61,390 nucleotides of DNA, taken from assembly GCA_048213135.1 (NCBI GenBank), contig PS015480.1, positions 1 through 61,390 of the forward strand, in the 5' to 3' direction. The DNA comes from Reclinomonas americana ATCC 50394. Lineage: Eukaryota. The translations under genes were made by a program, and so were the position numbers. The notes under the pieces were generated by a model. It did no database searches. It was not told the origin of the DNA and saw only the letters and a list, made by a program, of their open reading frames with translations. Below are positions 61,334-61,390 of this stretch, one piece after another (the first letter of the stretch is position 1; each line of letters opens with the position of its first letter).

Positions 61334-61390
<57 letters not shown>
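61135..61390 (+). repeat. GA-rich low-complexity tract ending in (GA)n; pyrimidine-rich intron end on - strand
   Basis: ggggaa/gggaa units then a pure GA run to the window end. Confidence 0.9.

Overview
Draft-assembly window (nine N gaps) from an intron-rich, microsatellite-rich eukaryote, probably a protist. Most ORFs in the supplied track are exon fragments or CT/GA-repeat noise, so genes were reconstructed by hand from GT-AG junctions. There are three parts. (1) 1-20.3 kb, + strand: a head-to-tail array of six paralogous 3-exon genes (first one partial). They encode ~770-820 aa ankyrin-repeat proteins with a hypervariable loop inside the ankyrin stack and a nearly invariant C-terminal F-box/PRANC-like motif, and a GTCC-N4-GGAC element sits upstream of each start codon. 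(2) 20.4-~23 kb, - strand: an unrelated ~9-repeat ankyrin gene with an acidic tail. (3) 23.5-61.1 kb, - strand: one giant gene whose 5' end lies outside the window. Its order is cadherin-like domain, ~15 modules each made of an NHL beta-propeller inserted inside an FN3/Ig-like domain (plus 4 uninterrupted FN3-like copies), a Cys-containing beta-rich region, and a C-terminal legume-type lectin. Every readable intron between modules is phase 1, and many introns use an unusual GTT-GCG-type donor. No rRNA, tRNA, CRISPR or transposase was recognised.
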